Part shown: positions 35,322-48,162 of the stretch, in pieces | Position numbering within the stretch: the stretch's first letter is position 1 | Layout: every line of letters begins with the position of its first letter | Source: Mobula hypostoma | Taxonomy: Eukaryota | Length of the DNA stretch: 64,000 nt | Assembly (NCBI RefSeq): GCF_963921235.1 | Contig: NC_086097.1 | Span: 10,168,001-10,232,000 of the forward strand | Direction: 5' to 3' | Notes under the pieces: generated by a model | The model's input: the letters and a program-made list of their open reading frames with translations, nothing else | Told to the model about the DNA's origin: nothing | Databases searched by the model: none | Translations under genes and position numbers: made by a program

Positions 35322-37278
35322 CATAGAAACATAAAAACATAGAAAACTTACAGCACAATACAGGCACTTCGGCCCCCAAAGTTGTGCTAAACATGTCCCT
35401 ACCTTAGAAATTACTAGGCTTACCTATAGCCCTCTATTTTTCTAAGCTCCATGTACCTATCCAGGAGTCTCTTAAAAGACCCAATCGTATCCGCTTCCAC
35501 CACCGTTGCCGGCAGCCCATTCCATGCACTCACCACTCTTTGTGTAAAAAACTTACTCCTGACATCTCCTCTGAACCTACTCCCCAGCACCTTAAACCTG
35601 TGTCCTCTTGTGGCAACCATTTCAGCCTCAGGAAAAAGCCTCTGACTATCCACACGATCAATGCCTCTCATCACCTTATACACCTTTAGACTATTCAGCT
35701 TCCTGAGTACTTTCTCTGTCGTAATTGTGACTGCGCATACTTCTCTTCCCTGCCACCCTTGAGTGTCCGGTATTCTGCTAATGTCTTCCTCAGTGAAGAC
35801 TGATGCAAAATACTCGTTTAGTTCCTCCGCTATCTCCTTATCTCCCATTACAATTTCTCCAGCATCATTTTCTATCGGTCCTATATCTATTCTCACCTGT
35901 CTTTTACTCTTTATATACTTGAAAAAGCTTTTAGTATCCTCTTGGATATTATTTGCAAGCTTCCTTTCATAGTTAATCTTTTCCCTCTTAATGACCTTCT
36001 TAGTTTCCTTTTGTAAGCTTTTAAAAAGTTCCCAAACCTCTGTCTTCCCACTAATTTTTGCTTCCTTGTATGCCCTCTCCTTTGCTTTAACTTTGGCTTT
36101 GACTTCTCTTGTCAGCCACGGTTGCAACCTTTTTCCATTCAAAAATTTCTTCTTTTTTGGAATATACCTATCTTGCACCTTCCTCACTTCTCGCATAAAC
36201 TCCAGCCACTGCTGCTCTGCCATCCGTCCTGCCAGTGTCCCTTTCCAGTCAACTTTGGCCAGTTCCTCTCTCATGCCACTGTAATTTCCTTTATTCCACT
36301 GAAATACTGACACATCAGATTTCGGCTTCTCTTTTTCAAATTTCACAGTGAACTCAATCATGTTATGATCACTGCCTCCTGAGGATTCCTTCACCTCAAT
36401 CTCTCTAATCACCTCTGGTTCATTAGACAATACCCAATCCAGTACAGCCAATCCCCTAGTGGGCTCAACAACAAGCTGTTCTAAAAAGCCATCTCGCAGA
36501 CATTCTACAAATTCTCTCTCTTGAGATCCAGTGCCGACCTGATTTTCCCAATCCACTTGCATGTTAAAATCCCCCACAATTATCATAACACTGCCCTTAT
36601 GACAAGCCTTTTCTATTTCCAGTTGTAATTTGTAGTCCACATCACTGCAGCTAAACAGGAGGCCTATAAGTAACTGCCATCAGGGTCCTTTTACCCCTGC
36701 AATTTCTTAGCTCAACCCATAAAGATTCTGCACCTTCCAATCCTATATCACCTCTTTCTAATGATTTAATATCATTTCTTACCAATAAAGCCACGCCTCC
36801 CCCTCTGCCTACCTTCCTATCCTTCTGATACACCGTGTATCCTTGGACGTTCAGCTCACAGAGACATGCATCCTTTAGCCACATCTCAGTGATGGCCACA
36901 ATATCATACTTGCCAATCTGTAGGTGTACGACAAGATCATCCACCCTATTCCTTATGTTGCGTGCATTTAAGTATAACAGCTTAAGACCAGTTATTTGGT
37001 ACTTTTCGCTTTGATTTCACTGCAACTTTATTGCAATGCAACTCATCCCAATGGGTACAAATTTGCCCCATCACCTGCCTGTCTTTCCTGACATCTTTAC
37101 TGCTCATTATCTGAGATTTATTTCTGTTTTCCCCTTCCTCCGCTCTATCATTCCAGTTCCCATCCCTCTGCTAAATTAGTTTAAACCCTCCCTAACAGCT
37201 CTATTAAACTTTCCCGCCAGGATATTGGTCCCCTTCGGGTTCAGGTGTAACCTGTCCATTTTGATTAGGTCATACTTC
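35322..37278 (-). mobile_element. CR1 LINE chimera: ORF1 end, APE endonuclease and linker, fused in frame to a CR1 C-terminus and 3' UTR; RT missing
   Basis: ORF 36651-36944 (YDIVAITEMWL, GGGVALLV, YRPP), ORF 35420-36640 (VGDFN, GSDH, then ...[17 protein letters not shown]...), ORF1 remnant RLHLNPKGTNILA; (catagaaa)n tail. Confidence 0.9.
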
Positions 37279-39199
37279 CATATTATTAATTTCCTTCCGT
37301 TGATGTTGCCTGACCTACTGAATTCCTCCAATGCTTTGTGTGTTCCAGAATTCAGCAATTGTCGTCTCTTGTGACAGCAGCATAGTGGTTACACAGAACA
37401 TAGAAATTTTACAGTACATTACAGGCTCTTTGGCCCACGATGTTGTGCCAACCATATAACCTACTGCCTAGAATTTCCCTAGCACATAGCCCTCTATTTT
37501 TCTAAGCTCCAAGTACCTATCTAAGAGGTTCTTAAAGGACGCTATTGTATCCCTATTGTAATATCATAATGCTTTTACAGCATCAGTGATCACCGACTGG
37601 GATTCGATTCCTGCCTCTGCCTGGGCCTGGAAAGAGCTTTTAAGTTCTCCGATTGATCCCATAGGTTTTCTCCTGGTGCTCAATTTTCCTCTCACATTTC
37701 AAAGATGCACGGTTGTGATGAGTGAGTTGTCGGCATGCTATATTGGTACTGGAAGCTGCCCAGCGCAATCCTTGCTGAATTGATTTGACACAGAACAATG
37801 GATTTCACTATATGTTTCAATGTGCATGTGATAGATTTTTCCTTCTGGAAAAAAATATTTTTCCCTTCCCTTTCCCTCTTCTTCAACTCCCCATTCTGGC
37901 TTCTAACTACTTCTCCCTTGCCTATCACCTCTCCTCTTTCCTTTTCTCTTCCAGCAATTTGATTGTGTTGCTTGTGATAAATGAAGCAAGACTGTAATGT
38001 TAACTGTGACAGGCGTGAGTCTAGGACTCCTGTGCTGAGAGCCAAATCCACATCATATTGGCCACTTAGCCTGTCTCCAACCACATTTGAATGGGGTCAC
38101 CAATATTCATTGAAACGAAGTAGGTGAAGTTAGGTGGCTTGAGCAAAAATATTTTTGAATAAATTACTTGTTTTAAATTTTAGCAATATCCTTACTTTGT
38201 ATTAATTAGAAGTATTTTCAGTTGTTTTAAAATGTGCTTGTTCACCAAAGACATCTGAAATGAATGGAGCTGCATATGGCCACCAGGCTGGTCTGAGGGA
38301 AGGGCATTTACCTTGCACTGGCTGGTATCTATTCCCTGCTAGGGCGCTTACGTTGTGCTTGATGCAGAAGTAGAAGCAAATGCTGAAGAACATTGAACCT
38401 CAGTATGCCGCAATAGTTTAGTGCCCCTGTGGGGATGCAGCAGGGCTTCACCACGAGACAAGGACTTGGTCAAACTCAATCCAACCTGTTGAGTTTTTCA
38501 AGCTCATTATGACAGACAAGGGAATTGTATCAAGAAAATTGATTAGACAACTACTTCATTCTTCAATAATAACTGCAACTAATGTAAAACCTAACTCCCA
38601 AGGCATATTCAGGAAATTTGACGGTTCATCGGAAATTATGAATGAATATGCACAAGTGATTTAAAGGATAAAATTGACTTTTGTTCGTAAATTAAAATCT
38701 GAATAATCGATTTAGCAGGCGTTTTCCTTCATTGTGAGATTCTTACTGTTCATCTGAGAAGGATAATTGGTCTGAAAGTGTATTAAAACTATGAAATTAA
38801 AGGGCCACCATTAGTTTACCTCCTTCTAATGCTATATTGTTGTTTAAAATTCATTTTCATAATAAATTGCATGATGCAAAGTGCTTAAGTACTTCTAGAT
38901 AACTGGATGAGTGCTTCCACCACTTAACAAGCATATTTCCAAAATGGATTGAAGTTAATGTCACAAATTAGAGTAAGGTTAAGTGACTCTTTTACAAAAT
39001 GTTGGCACAAGGATTTAGCAAAAATAAAGCAAGACAATTCAGGTGTGAATTTAAACTACAATTAAAAATGCAATTCTTAGCCCAAAAGCACAAAGCAAAG
39101 CAAAGGAAAGTGAGTATAAAGAATCAGAAATAGAAAACAAAAGCCAGGAAGAGATGAAGGATCTCAGCCTGAAACATTAACTGTTAATTCCCCTCCATA

Positions 39200-39828
39200 G
39201 ACCTGGTCCCAACATATCGATGCAGTTATAAAGTAGGCAAAAACAGCAACTATACTTCATTAAGACTTTGAAGAGATTTGGTATGTCAACAAAAACACTC
39301 AAAAACTTCTATAGATATACCGTGGAGAGCATTCTGACAGGCTGCATCACTGTCTGGTATGGGGGTGGACCCTATTGCACAGGACCGAAGGAAGCTGCAG
39401 AGGATCATAAATTTAGTCAGCTCCATCTTGGGTACTAGCCTACAAAGTACCCAGAACATCTTCAAGGAGCGCTGCCTCAGAAAGGAAGCATTCATTATTT
39501 AGAACCTCCAGCACCCAGGCCATACAATTTTCTCACTGTTACCATCAGGTAGGAGGTACAGAAGCCTGAAGGCACTCACTCAGCAATTCAGGAACAGCTT
39601 CTTCCCCTCTGTCATCCGATTCCTAATGGACATTGAACCCATGAACACTACCTCACTTTTTATATATATATTATTTCTGTTTTTGCACAATTTTTAATCT
39701 TTTTAATATACATATACTATAATTGATTGATTTTTTTTCTTCTATATTATGTATTGCATTGAACTGCTGCTGCTAAGTTGATAAATTTCAGGACACATGC
39801 TGGTGATGATAAATCTGATTCTGATTCA
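39200..39828 (+). mobile_element. Rex1-like LINE 3' fragment
   Basis: aaacttctatagatataccgtggagagcattctgacaggctgcatcactgtctggtatgg...gataaatctgattctgattc. Confidence 0.8.
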
Positions 39829-40004
39829 ATGCAGAATGAAGTGTAAAAATTCTGCACAGTTAAACAATAAAGTACGAGATCATAACAAGGTAAGTTGTGA
39901 GGTAAAGAGTCCATCTTATTTACAAGAGGTCTGTTCAAGAGTTTGATAACAGTGGGGTAGAAGCTGTGCTGAAGGCTGGTGATATGTGCTATGTGCTTTC
40001 AGCT

Positions 40005-40372
40005 TTTGACAAGAGGAACCCGCTCCCTGGTTTGGTGGCAGGAGGATCAGGTGAGTGCAGATGTGCACGAAACGGAAGCGATGTGGTGGAGGACAGCATT
40101 GATGGTGGAGGAAGGGAAGCTCCTTTCTTTGAAGAAGGAGAACATCACCTTAGTTCTGGAATGAAAAGCCTCAACCTAAGTGCAGATGTGGCAGAGACAC
40201 AGGAATTGAGAGAAGGGGATGTCATTTTCACAAGTAACAGAGTGGGAAGAGGTACAGTCCAGGTAGTTGTGAGAATCAATGGGTTTATAATAGACATCAG
40301 TAGATAAGCTGTCTCCAGAGATAGAGACAGAGAGATCAGAAAGAGGAGGAAGTTGTCAGAAATGGATCAGGA
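40005..40372 (-). mobile_element. Penelope-like element RT C-terminal coding fragment
   Basis: Minus-strand translation DLSVSISGDSLSTDVYYKPIDSHNYLDCTSSH...IPFSQFL...AFHSRT...FFKERSFP matches the PLE RT thumb pattern (YxKPT..H.YL...SSHP...IP.SQF.R). Confidence 0.85.
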
Positions 40373-40922
40373 TATTCACTTCACTATTTTTTTATTATTT
40401 ATAATACTTCAATGCCACAATGCTTCGAAACTCTTCATTAAATATGATATAGGTTGTGTTTATTTCCACTATTTCTGTGAATACGTTTTCTATTATTTTA
40501 TGTTAAAGATACAGTAGTTGAATTACTGTTCATACAGCCATCCTGACAAGAACATTTCAGAAACTAACAAAAGAAGTACAAGTTCTATAGTAAAGTACCT
40601 TTATCTGAGGTTAGAAATTACAGTAACCTTTGGGCAAAAGATGAGACAGGGAGGGGGTTTGAGGGTTGCTGGCTTGCGTTTCTTTCTACCTCTCTGGGCT
40701 ATGAGCTGTCCGCGGGTTCAGTTCACTGAGAACTCAAATGCAGCAAATCATCCAGTATCTTGGCAGAGCACTCTCTTCCAACTGCATTGCCTACATTGTT
40801 GAGAATTCTTAATGTAACGCAAGGTCAAAGGTAAAGAGGTTAGCTTTTCTTTGTTACATATTCTTTGAAACATTGAAACACGCAGTTGTTTTGTCCCAGC
40901 ACAAACTTCCACGCTATCTAAC

Positions 40923-41150
40923 TGAATCACCTTCAATAACTCCAAAAGACTGAGGTTAGGTAAAATACCGAAAGGTTTTTATTCGCTGTACAATATGACC
41001 TCCACGGTGAGTGTCTGCCCCCGGACTGAGGGGGAGGGGCAAGGCGAAACATCTGTATACGGGAATCTGTGGGAGGAGACACAGGGGCAGTCAGCAGAGG
41101 GGCGTGTCCAGACAGTTAACCCCGTTACAACATACATATGATTTACCACA
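40923..41150 (-). repeat. Solo LTR, 228 bp, with perfect 5-bp TSD
   Basis: ctaac at 40918-40922 and 41151-41155; TG...CA termini; AATAAA on the minus strand at ~40978-40983. Confidence 0.85.
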
Positions 41151-41489
41151 CTAACCCCATTGCCACAGTGGCTGTTCATGTTAACCTGATCCAGTTACTG
41201 ATGGCTATTTTAGGAAGCAGAGTGGAGTGGGCCACAAGCCATCAATGGGCTCAGATGACTGACTGTGAGGACTACACGACCCCCTTGCCCATTCATCCCT
41301 CCCCATTGATCTCCCTCCTGGCACCCATCCTTGCAAGCAGAACAATTATGAGGTTGTTTTGATCTCAGAATGCACAGATGGTCTTTTCACAGTTGATCAT
41401 TGTCATAGGCCTGTGTACTATTTCTGAATGCCTCTCATAATGAGAGACAATTCAAAATAGTTCCCACACCTTAAATAATCATTTTAAAT

Positions 41490-44400
41490 GAATAGGCTCA
41501 AACAGTAAATGCAGCAAATGTAGAGGTAGGCACATCCCAAAGAAATGCTTATGGAAAGTCCAGCAATAATTGTGGGAAGAAGAATCACTTTGCAAAGTGC
41601 TGCAAAGCTACCAAGAGAATGGTGCACATGGTTGCAAAGAAAATCGAGGAAACCTTTGTGGATTCTCTACAGACTGCTGGTGCTGGTAAAACAGAATGGA
41701 TTGTTCCAGTGACGGTGAATGAGACAGTAATTCCATTCAAACTTGACAGTGGAGCCCAGGTGAATTTGTTATCAGTGGACGATTGCAAAGCTTTCAAAGT
41801 AAAGAGCAAGATTTACCCAGTGAAGTTAACAGTGGAGAGAATGTTCCAGTAAAAGGGGACCTTCAAGCACAAGGGGCAGCAGCTAAAGGCAGAGCTACTG
41901 ATTGTAGAAAAGGAAGTATCGCCAATATTTGATCTGAGTGGATGTGAAAAGCACAACTTGGTGAAAAGTGTTTTCATTGCATCCTCATAGACCAAAGATA
42001 ATTACACTTCACACTTGGAAGAGTATGCAAATATCTTTGATGGGTTCAGATGGTTACCTGGTGTACTCAAAATCCATGTAGATGAGACAGCAGCTCCTGT
42101 TGTTCATGCATGCAGGGAAGTTCCATTTGTACTTAGAGACAAACTTAAACAAGAACTAGCACGCATGGAATGTATAAACGTCATACAGAAAATTGAAGAA
42201 CTATCAGATTGGGTGAGCACACTGGTCAGTGTGCAAAAGGAAAATGGAGCATTGGCAGTACACCAACAGATCTCAATAAATCCATTAAGAGAGAACATTT
42301 TAAATTGACAGCACAGGAGAAGATCATGTCCGGGTTTGCAGGGTCCAAGTGGTTTAGCAAATTCAAAGCATCATCTGGGTTTTAGCAGATGAAGATTGAT
42401 GAGGCACATTCAAGACGGTGCACTTTTAATACACCAGAGGGTAAATATTGCTTTCTTCAGTTACCTTATGCGATCCAGTCCATACCAGAGGTCTACCATA
42501 AAACCATCAACCTGATCTTTGAGGGCATACCTGGTGTCAAGACCATGATGGATAACATCATTTTCTGGGGCCCACCAAGGACGAACATGATGCATGACTG
42601 AGACAGATGCTGAATGTGGCGCAGAAAGTCAATTTGAAATTAAACGAAGACAAATGTGAGTTTGGTCATACGAAAGCTCATACCAGAAGAGGAAGAAAAG
42701 CCTGACCCAAGAAAGACGTCAGCCTTTGAGAACATAGAGAGGCCCCAAAACAAAAAGGAGGAGAGACACTTCCTGGGGCTGGTGACTTTCCGGGCTAATT
42801 TTATACCTTGACGATCCACTGTGTCAGCAACACATAGGTCATTCCTTAAGCAGCGAAATGAGTGGATTTGGTCTCAGGAGCAAGAAAGGTGTTTCCAGAG
42901 GCTGAAAGGAATCCTAACTGAAGTGCCAATGCTGAAGTTTTATGATCAGGAGAGGTGTACTGCAATCTTAGCTGAATGGCCTTGGAGTCAAGTCAAGTCA
43001 CTTGTTATTGTCATTTCGACCATAACTGCTGGTACAGTACACAGTAAGAATGAGACAACGTTTTCCAGGACCATGGTGCTACATGAAACAATACAAAAAC
43101 TACGCTGAACTATGTAAAACAACACAAAACTACACTAGACTACAGACCTACCCAGGACTGCATAAGGTGCACAAAACAGTTCAGGCATTACAATAAATAA
43201 TAAACAAGACAATAGGCACAGTAGAGGGCAGTAGGTTGGTGTCAGTCCAGGCTCTGGGTATTGAGGAGTCTGATGGCTTGGGGGAAGAAACTATTACATA
43301 GTCTGGTCGTGAGAGCCCGAATGCTTCGGTGCCTTTTGCCAGATGGCAGGAGGGAGAAGAGTTTGTATGAGGGGTGTGTGAGGTCCTTCATAATGCTGTT
43401 CGCTTTACAGATGCAGCGTGTGGCGTAAATGTCTATAATGGCGGGAAGATAGACCCTGATGATCTTCTCAGCTGACCTCACTATCCGCTGCAGGGTGTTG
43501 TGATCCGAGATGGGGCAATTTCTGAACCAGGCAGTGATGCAGCTGCTCAGGATGCTCTCAATACAACCTCTGTAGAATGTGGTGAGGATGGGGGGTGGGA
43601 GATGGACTTTTCTCAGCCTTTGCAGAAAGTAGAGACGCTGCTGGGCTTTCTTTGCTATGGAGCTGGTGTTGAGGGACCAGGTGAGATTCTCCACCAGGTG
43701 AACACCAAGAAACTTAATGCACTTAACGATCTCTACGGAGGAGTCATCGATGTTCAGCGGAGAGTGGTTGCTCCGTGTCCTCCTGAAGTCAACAACCATC
43801 TCTCTTGTTTTGTTCATATTCAGAGACAGGTTGTTGGCTCTGCACCAGTCCGTTAGCTGCTGCACCTCCTCTCTGTATGCTGACTCATCCTTCTTGCTGA
43901 TGAGACCCACCACGGTCGTGTCATTGGCGAATTTGATGATGTGGTTTGAGTTGTGTGTTGCAGCACAGTCGTGGGTCAGCAGAGTGAACAGCAGTGGACT
44001 GAGCACACAGCCCTGGGGGGCCCCCATGCTCAGTGTGATGGTGTTGGAGATGCTGCTTCCAATCCGGACTGACTGAGGTCTCCTAGTCAGGAAGTCTAGG
44101 ATCCAGTTACAGAGGGAGGTGTTCAGGCCCAGTAGGCTCAGCTTTCCAATCAGTTTCTGAGGAATGATTGTGTTGAATGCTGAACTGAAGTCCATGAACA
44201 GCATTCGAACATACGTGTCTTTTTTGTCCAGGTGGATTAGGGCCAGGTGGAGGGTGATGGCAATGGGATTGTCTGTTGAACGGTTGGGACGGTACGCAAA
44301 CTGCAGGTGGTCCAGTGAGGGGGGCAGCAGGGTCTTGAAGTGCTTCATGACGAGCCTCTCGAAACACTTCATGATGATGGATGTGAGTGCGACGGGACGG

Positions 44401-46683
44401 TAGTCGTTGAGGCAGGACACTGAAGACTTCTTCAGCACGGGGACGATGGTGGCGGCCTTGAAGCACGTAGGAACGATAGTGCTGCTCAGGGAGATGTTGA
44501 AGATGTCAGTGAGAATCTCTGCTAGCTGATCTGCACATCCTCTAAGCACTCTGCCAGGAATATTTTCTGGTCCAGCAGCCTTCCGTGGGTTGACCCTGCA
44601 CAGGGTTCTCCGGCCATGGTAAGACACAGCACTTGGTCATTTGGAGGAGGGGTGGTCTTCCTCGCCGCCACGTCATTTTCCACCTCAAAGCGAGCGTTGA
44701 AGTTGTTCAATGCATCTGGGAGGGAGGCATCACCAGCACAGGCAGGTGGTGTTGTCAGGAGCTGTACTACTGCAGCACCGTGATGACATATGGCACGCTG
44801 TGGCCAATGCATCAAGGACTTTAACAAGTCTGGAAGCTAACTATGCATAAATAGAGAAAGAGCTTCTTTCCAGCACATATGCATGCAAAGGGTTCCATCA
44901 GTATATCTATGGACAGGCTTTTAAAGTAGAGACAGAGTAGAAGCTACTGGTCTCAATTATGTCCAAACCACTGAATGACTGTCCTATGCAGATATGGCTT
45001 TTCAGGTGGAGACAGACATAAACCACTGAATGACTGTCTCATGAGGATACAACACATGTTGATAAGGCTGCAGAAATATGATGTGAAGATGACCTTCACA
45101 CCAGTAAAATATATGTTTGCTGCTGATGCGTTGTCTCAAGCAGTTAACAAGAAAGAAAAGAGTGACCAAGAGATCGATGTGGATAATCAGGCCAATACTG
45201 ACACGATTTTTGCCTCCATTCCAATATCTCCTAACAGAACAGAAAAGATTAGGACAGCAGCAAGGACAGGTGAAACAATGAAAGCACTCAAAGAGACAAT
45301 ACAGAACGGATAGCCAGCTGCAAAGAACAACTATTTAATGTGTATTTGGGGTCATTGTGCATGCAGAGCTGAACTGTCAGTAGTAAAAGATATGGACTTC
45401 AAAGGGATCAGATTTGTAATTCGAGTGTCGCTATGCAAGGAAGTGCTCCTGATGATACATGAAGGGCATCTTGATGAGGAAAAATACAAACGTAGAGCTT
45501 GGGAAGTGACATATTGGTCGAGAATGAACTAAGACATCAGTCAGACTATTGCTTCATATGAGATTGTCTTACTTACAGACTAAAACAGCAAGCAGAACCA
45601 CTTACACTACACCCTGTACCAGACAGACTGTACTTGAAAGTTGGAGTGGACTTGTTTGATTGTACTGGGAAGAGTCATATTGTTGTAACAGACTACTTTT
45701 CCAATTACACAGAGATTATAGCACTGCAATCAACATCCAGCAAAGTGGTCATCACCGTTCTGAAAGCCGTGTTTGCAAAGCACGGAGTTCCATGTGGAGT
45801 GGTAACAGACAATGGTCTACAATTCGAGCTATTAATTTGAGTCCTTTACCAATGATTGAGGGTTTCAACATATAAGTTCAAGTCCACACCACCAAAAATC
45901 TAATGGGCTAGAAGAGAATTGGGTTAAGGCAGTGAAGGGTCTCATGAAGAATGGGCAAGAAGATTTCCACGAACGTTTGATGATTTACATAACTGCGCCA
46001 CTGCATAATGGCCTTTCACCAGCCCGATGGGTTGACACATAAGCACTAGCATTCCAGTGCGTGAAAACCTGTTGACACCTCAAGAAGCACACCAGGTCAA
46101 TCTGACCAAAGTAAAGGGGAAGGAGAAACAGAAACAGTGCCCCAACAAGATGGTGAATAGTCTACCAGTCCTGAAGACTGGGGATCAATTGCACATCGGA
46201 GATCACAATTCATGATCTATGCAAGGATATGAGCAAGAGGAAGTTGCTCCACGCTCCTGGCAGATCCAGATGGAGCAAGGAACACCTCTGAGAAGGAATG
46301 ATGTGGATCTCCAGCCATGAGCTCAGGTGCATAACCATGACACATCACCTCTCAGTCCACCAAAGGGGCCTGCAGATGTAAAGAATGAACTTGTTGATCA
46401 GAATTCTCAGACTGACACAACTATTAATGCACCAATTACAAGCAATACAGCTGTGGAAAAATATAGCAGACCAAAAAGGTCATTAAATCACATTACAGAC
46501 TGATTGAGAGTTGACAAGTGCATAAGGGAGTGAATTTGATCATTACAATTGTAGTTAATATCAATATCAATGTTGGAAAGCTCATTACAATTGAAGTTAA
46601 TGTAACTATCTTCATTGGAAAGCATTATTGTTTTTTGCAGGCTTATGAGGACATAAGTGTGTGTTTGCTTTAAAGAGGGAAGA
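41490..46683 (+). mobile_element. Gypsy/Ty3 LTR retrotransposon: gag knuckle, protease, RT, RNase H and integrase, all disrupted
   Basis: CGKKNHFAKCC knuckle (~41570-41603), FKLDSGAQVNLL, RCTFNTPEGKYCFLQLPY...MMDNII (decayed YxDD), GLG|AVLLQ, ADALS, IHEGHL, VGVDLF...VVTDYFS, VTDNG; PPT aaagagggaaga at 46672-46683. Confidence 0.92.
42988..44757 (-). mobile_element. Rex1/Babar-like LINE, 5'-truncated, long open RT ORF (43242-44627), inserted in the Gypsy RNase H
   Basis: 461-aa ORF with [42 protein letters not shown]; (tcaag)n tail; ggag on both flanks (42984-42987 and 44758-44761). Confidence 0.95.
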
Positions 46684-46876
46684 TGTTTTGTTATGTGTGA
46701 ACATAATAAAGAACTTCATTTCCCATTGCACAATGCAGGCAGTTAACTGGCAACCGGGAGTGACATTGATAAACTGGGAACATGTGCTAAAGTGTGGAGT
46801 TAGAAAGCATGACTGTCTACTATTAATAAAAGCTTTTAAACCCACACAAAGTGTGTCTTTGTAGAAGAAGATAACA
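46684..46876 (+). repeat. 3' LTR of the Gypsy element (~190 bp)
   Basis: TGTTTTG after the PPT, AATAAA at 46825-46830, ends GATAACA. Confidence 0.8.
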
Positions 46877-47869
46877 GATGGCATGAAACTAGAGGTGTGC
46901 TTGCAAAATGCACTCACCACATTAGCTCACATCCTGGCCTTAACAATGAATACACTGGAAAAGAGAGAAGTCAGCTGCCTGGCTTTGATCTCCAGCTCAC
47001 CTGTGGTGTCCATACCTGAATGCCCAGGCATGGAAACTGGAGGCAAGCTGGTCCATAAGGACATGACAGGCAGCGTTCACTGTAGCCAGAAGTGAAAACC
47101 ATCTGGTCCAGTGCGATCATCCATAATGATTCAAAAGCTTTTGGCAGTATCTCCACAGCCCAAATGAACAGGGAGCTACTCCTCCAATCATTTGACAGTT
47201 CAACAGTTATATTTAGCATTGTGCTTCTTTTTCAATTAGACTGAATTTGATTAAAATTTAAGTTTCTGATAGATTGTCCAACGATCAATGGTTCGTGCTA
47301 AGGACCTTGGACTAAATAATTAATTCCATCAGTTAACACACAGCAGATCAGAATAGAAGAAAAAAACACAGTATCACTGCTAATGTTAACATTTGTAATT
47401 GGTCAGCAAAATAACTGAAACAAAAAATATGGTTCCAAGTTATAACCAGCATCAGGTTAAAATATTAACCTAAAATAGACATAAAAATTGCTTATTTCAG
47501 CTGTCACAGTGGTGTCTGTGTTCTGAATACTGAATGAGTTATTGGTAGTGTCTTAATCTGCAAGAATTCTTCATTTTACAAGTGTTCTGAAAATGGAAAA
47601 AGGAGCTGCTTAATCCTTCTGTTTCATAAAGGCAGGAGGAAGTTAAGATAAATGAGACAGGAATGCATTACATATGGGTTCAAAATACAGGCAAAGATTT
47701 ACTTTTGATCTCAGCTATGTTAAATAAAAGCCTGTCATATATTCCAAATTTTATTAGAGTCTCCTGTTCTTGCAATATTGCTACATACTTCACACAGAAG
47801 TCTCATTCTTTCATTCAATCCGCTGATACTCTTTCTATCTTCTCTCTTTCCGGACGTTCAGAATTGACT

Positions 47870-48162
47870 AATTTATTTTACATCAAGATACAGTGCAGAA
47901 CAGGCCCTTTTGGCCCTTCAAGCTGTGCAACCCAGCAACCCTCAATTTAACCCTCGCCTAATCATGGGACAATTTACAATGACCAATTAACCTACTAAAT
48001 GGTACGCCGTTGAGTTGTAGGAGGAAGCTGGAGCGCCAAGAGGAAACCTACATGTTCCAAGGGGAGGACGTACAGGGTCCTTACAGATGATGTCGGAATT
48101 CAATTCTGAACTCTGATGCTCCAAGCTGTCATAGTGTCAAGCCAACTATTGTGCGACCATGG
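47870..48162 (-). mobile_element. tRNA-derived SINE
   Basis: caggcccttttggcccttc...caatttacaatgaccaattaacc...gaggaaacc...ccttacaga; homologous to 3400-3680. Confidence 0.75.

Noticed and set aside
44912..45050. Repeated aaaccactgaatgactgtc as a regulatory repeat
   Set aside because: It is explained as a small internal duplication within the dead Gypsy RNase H (TDHKPL region).
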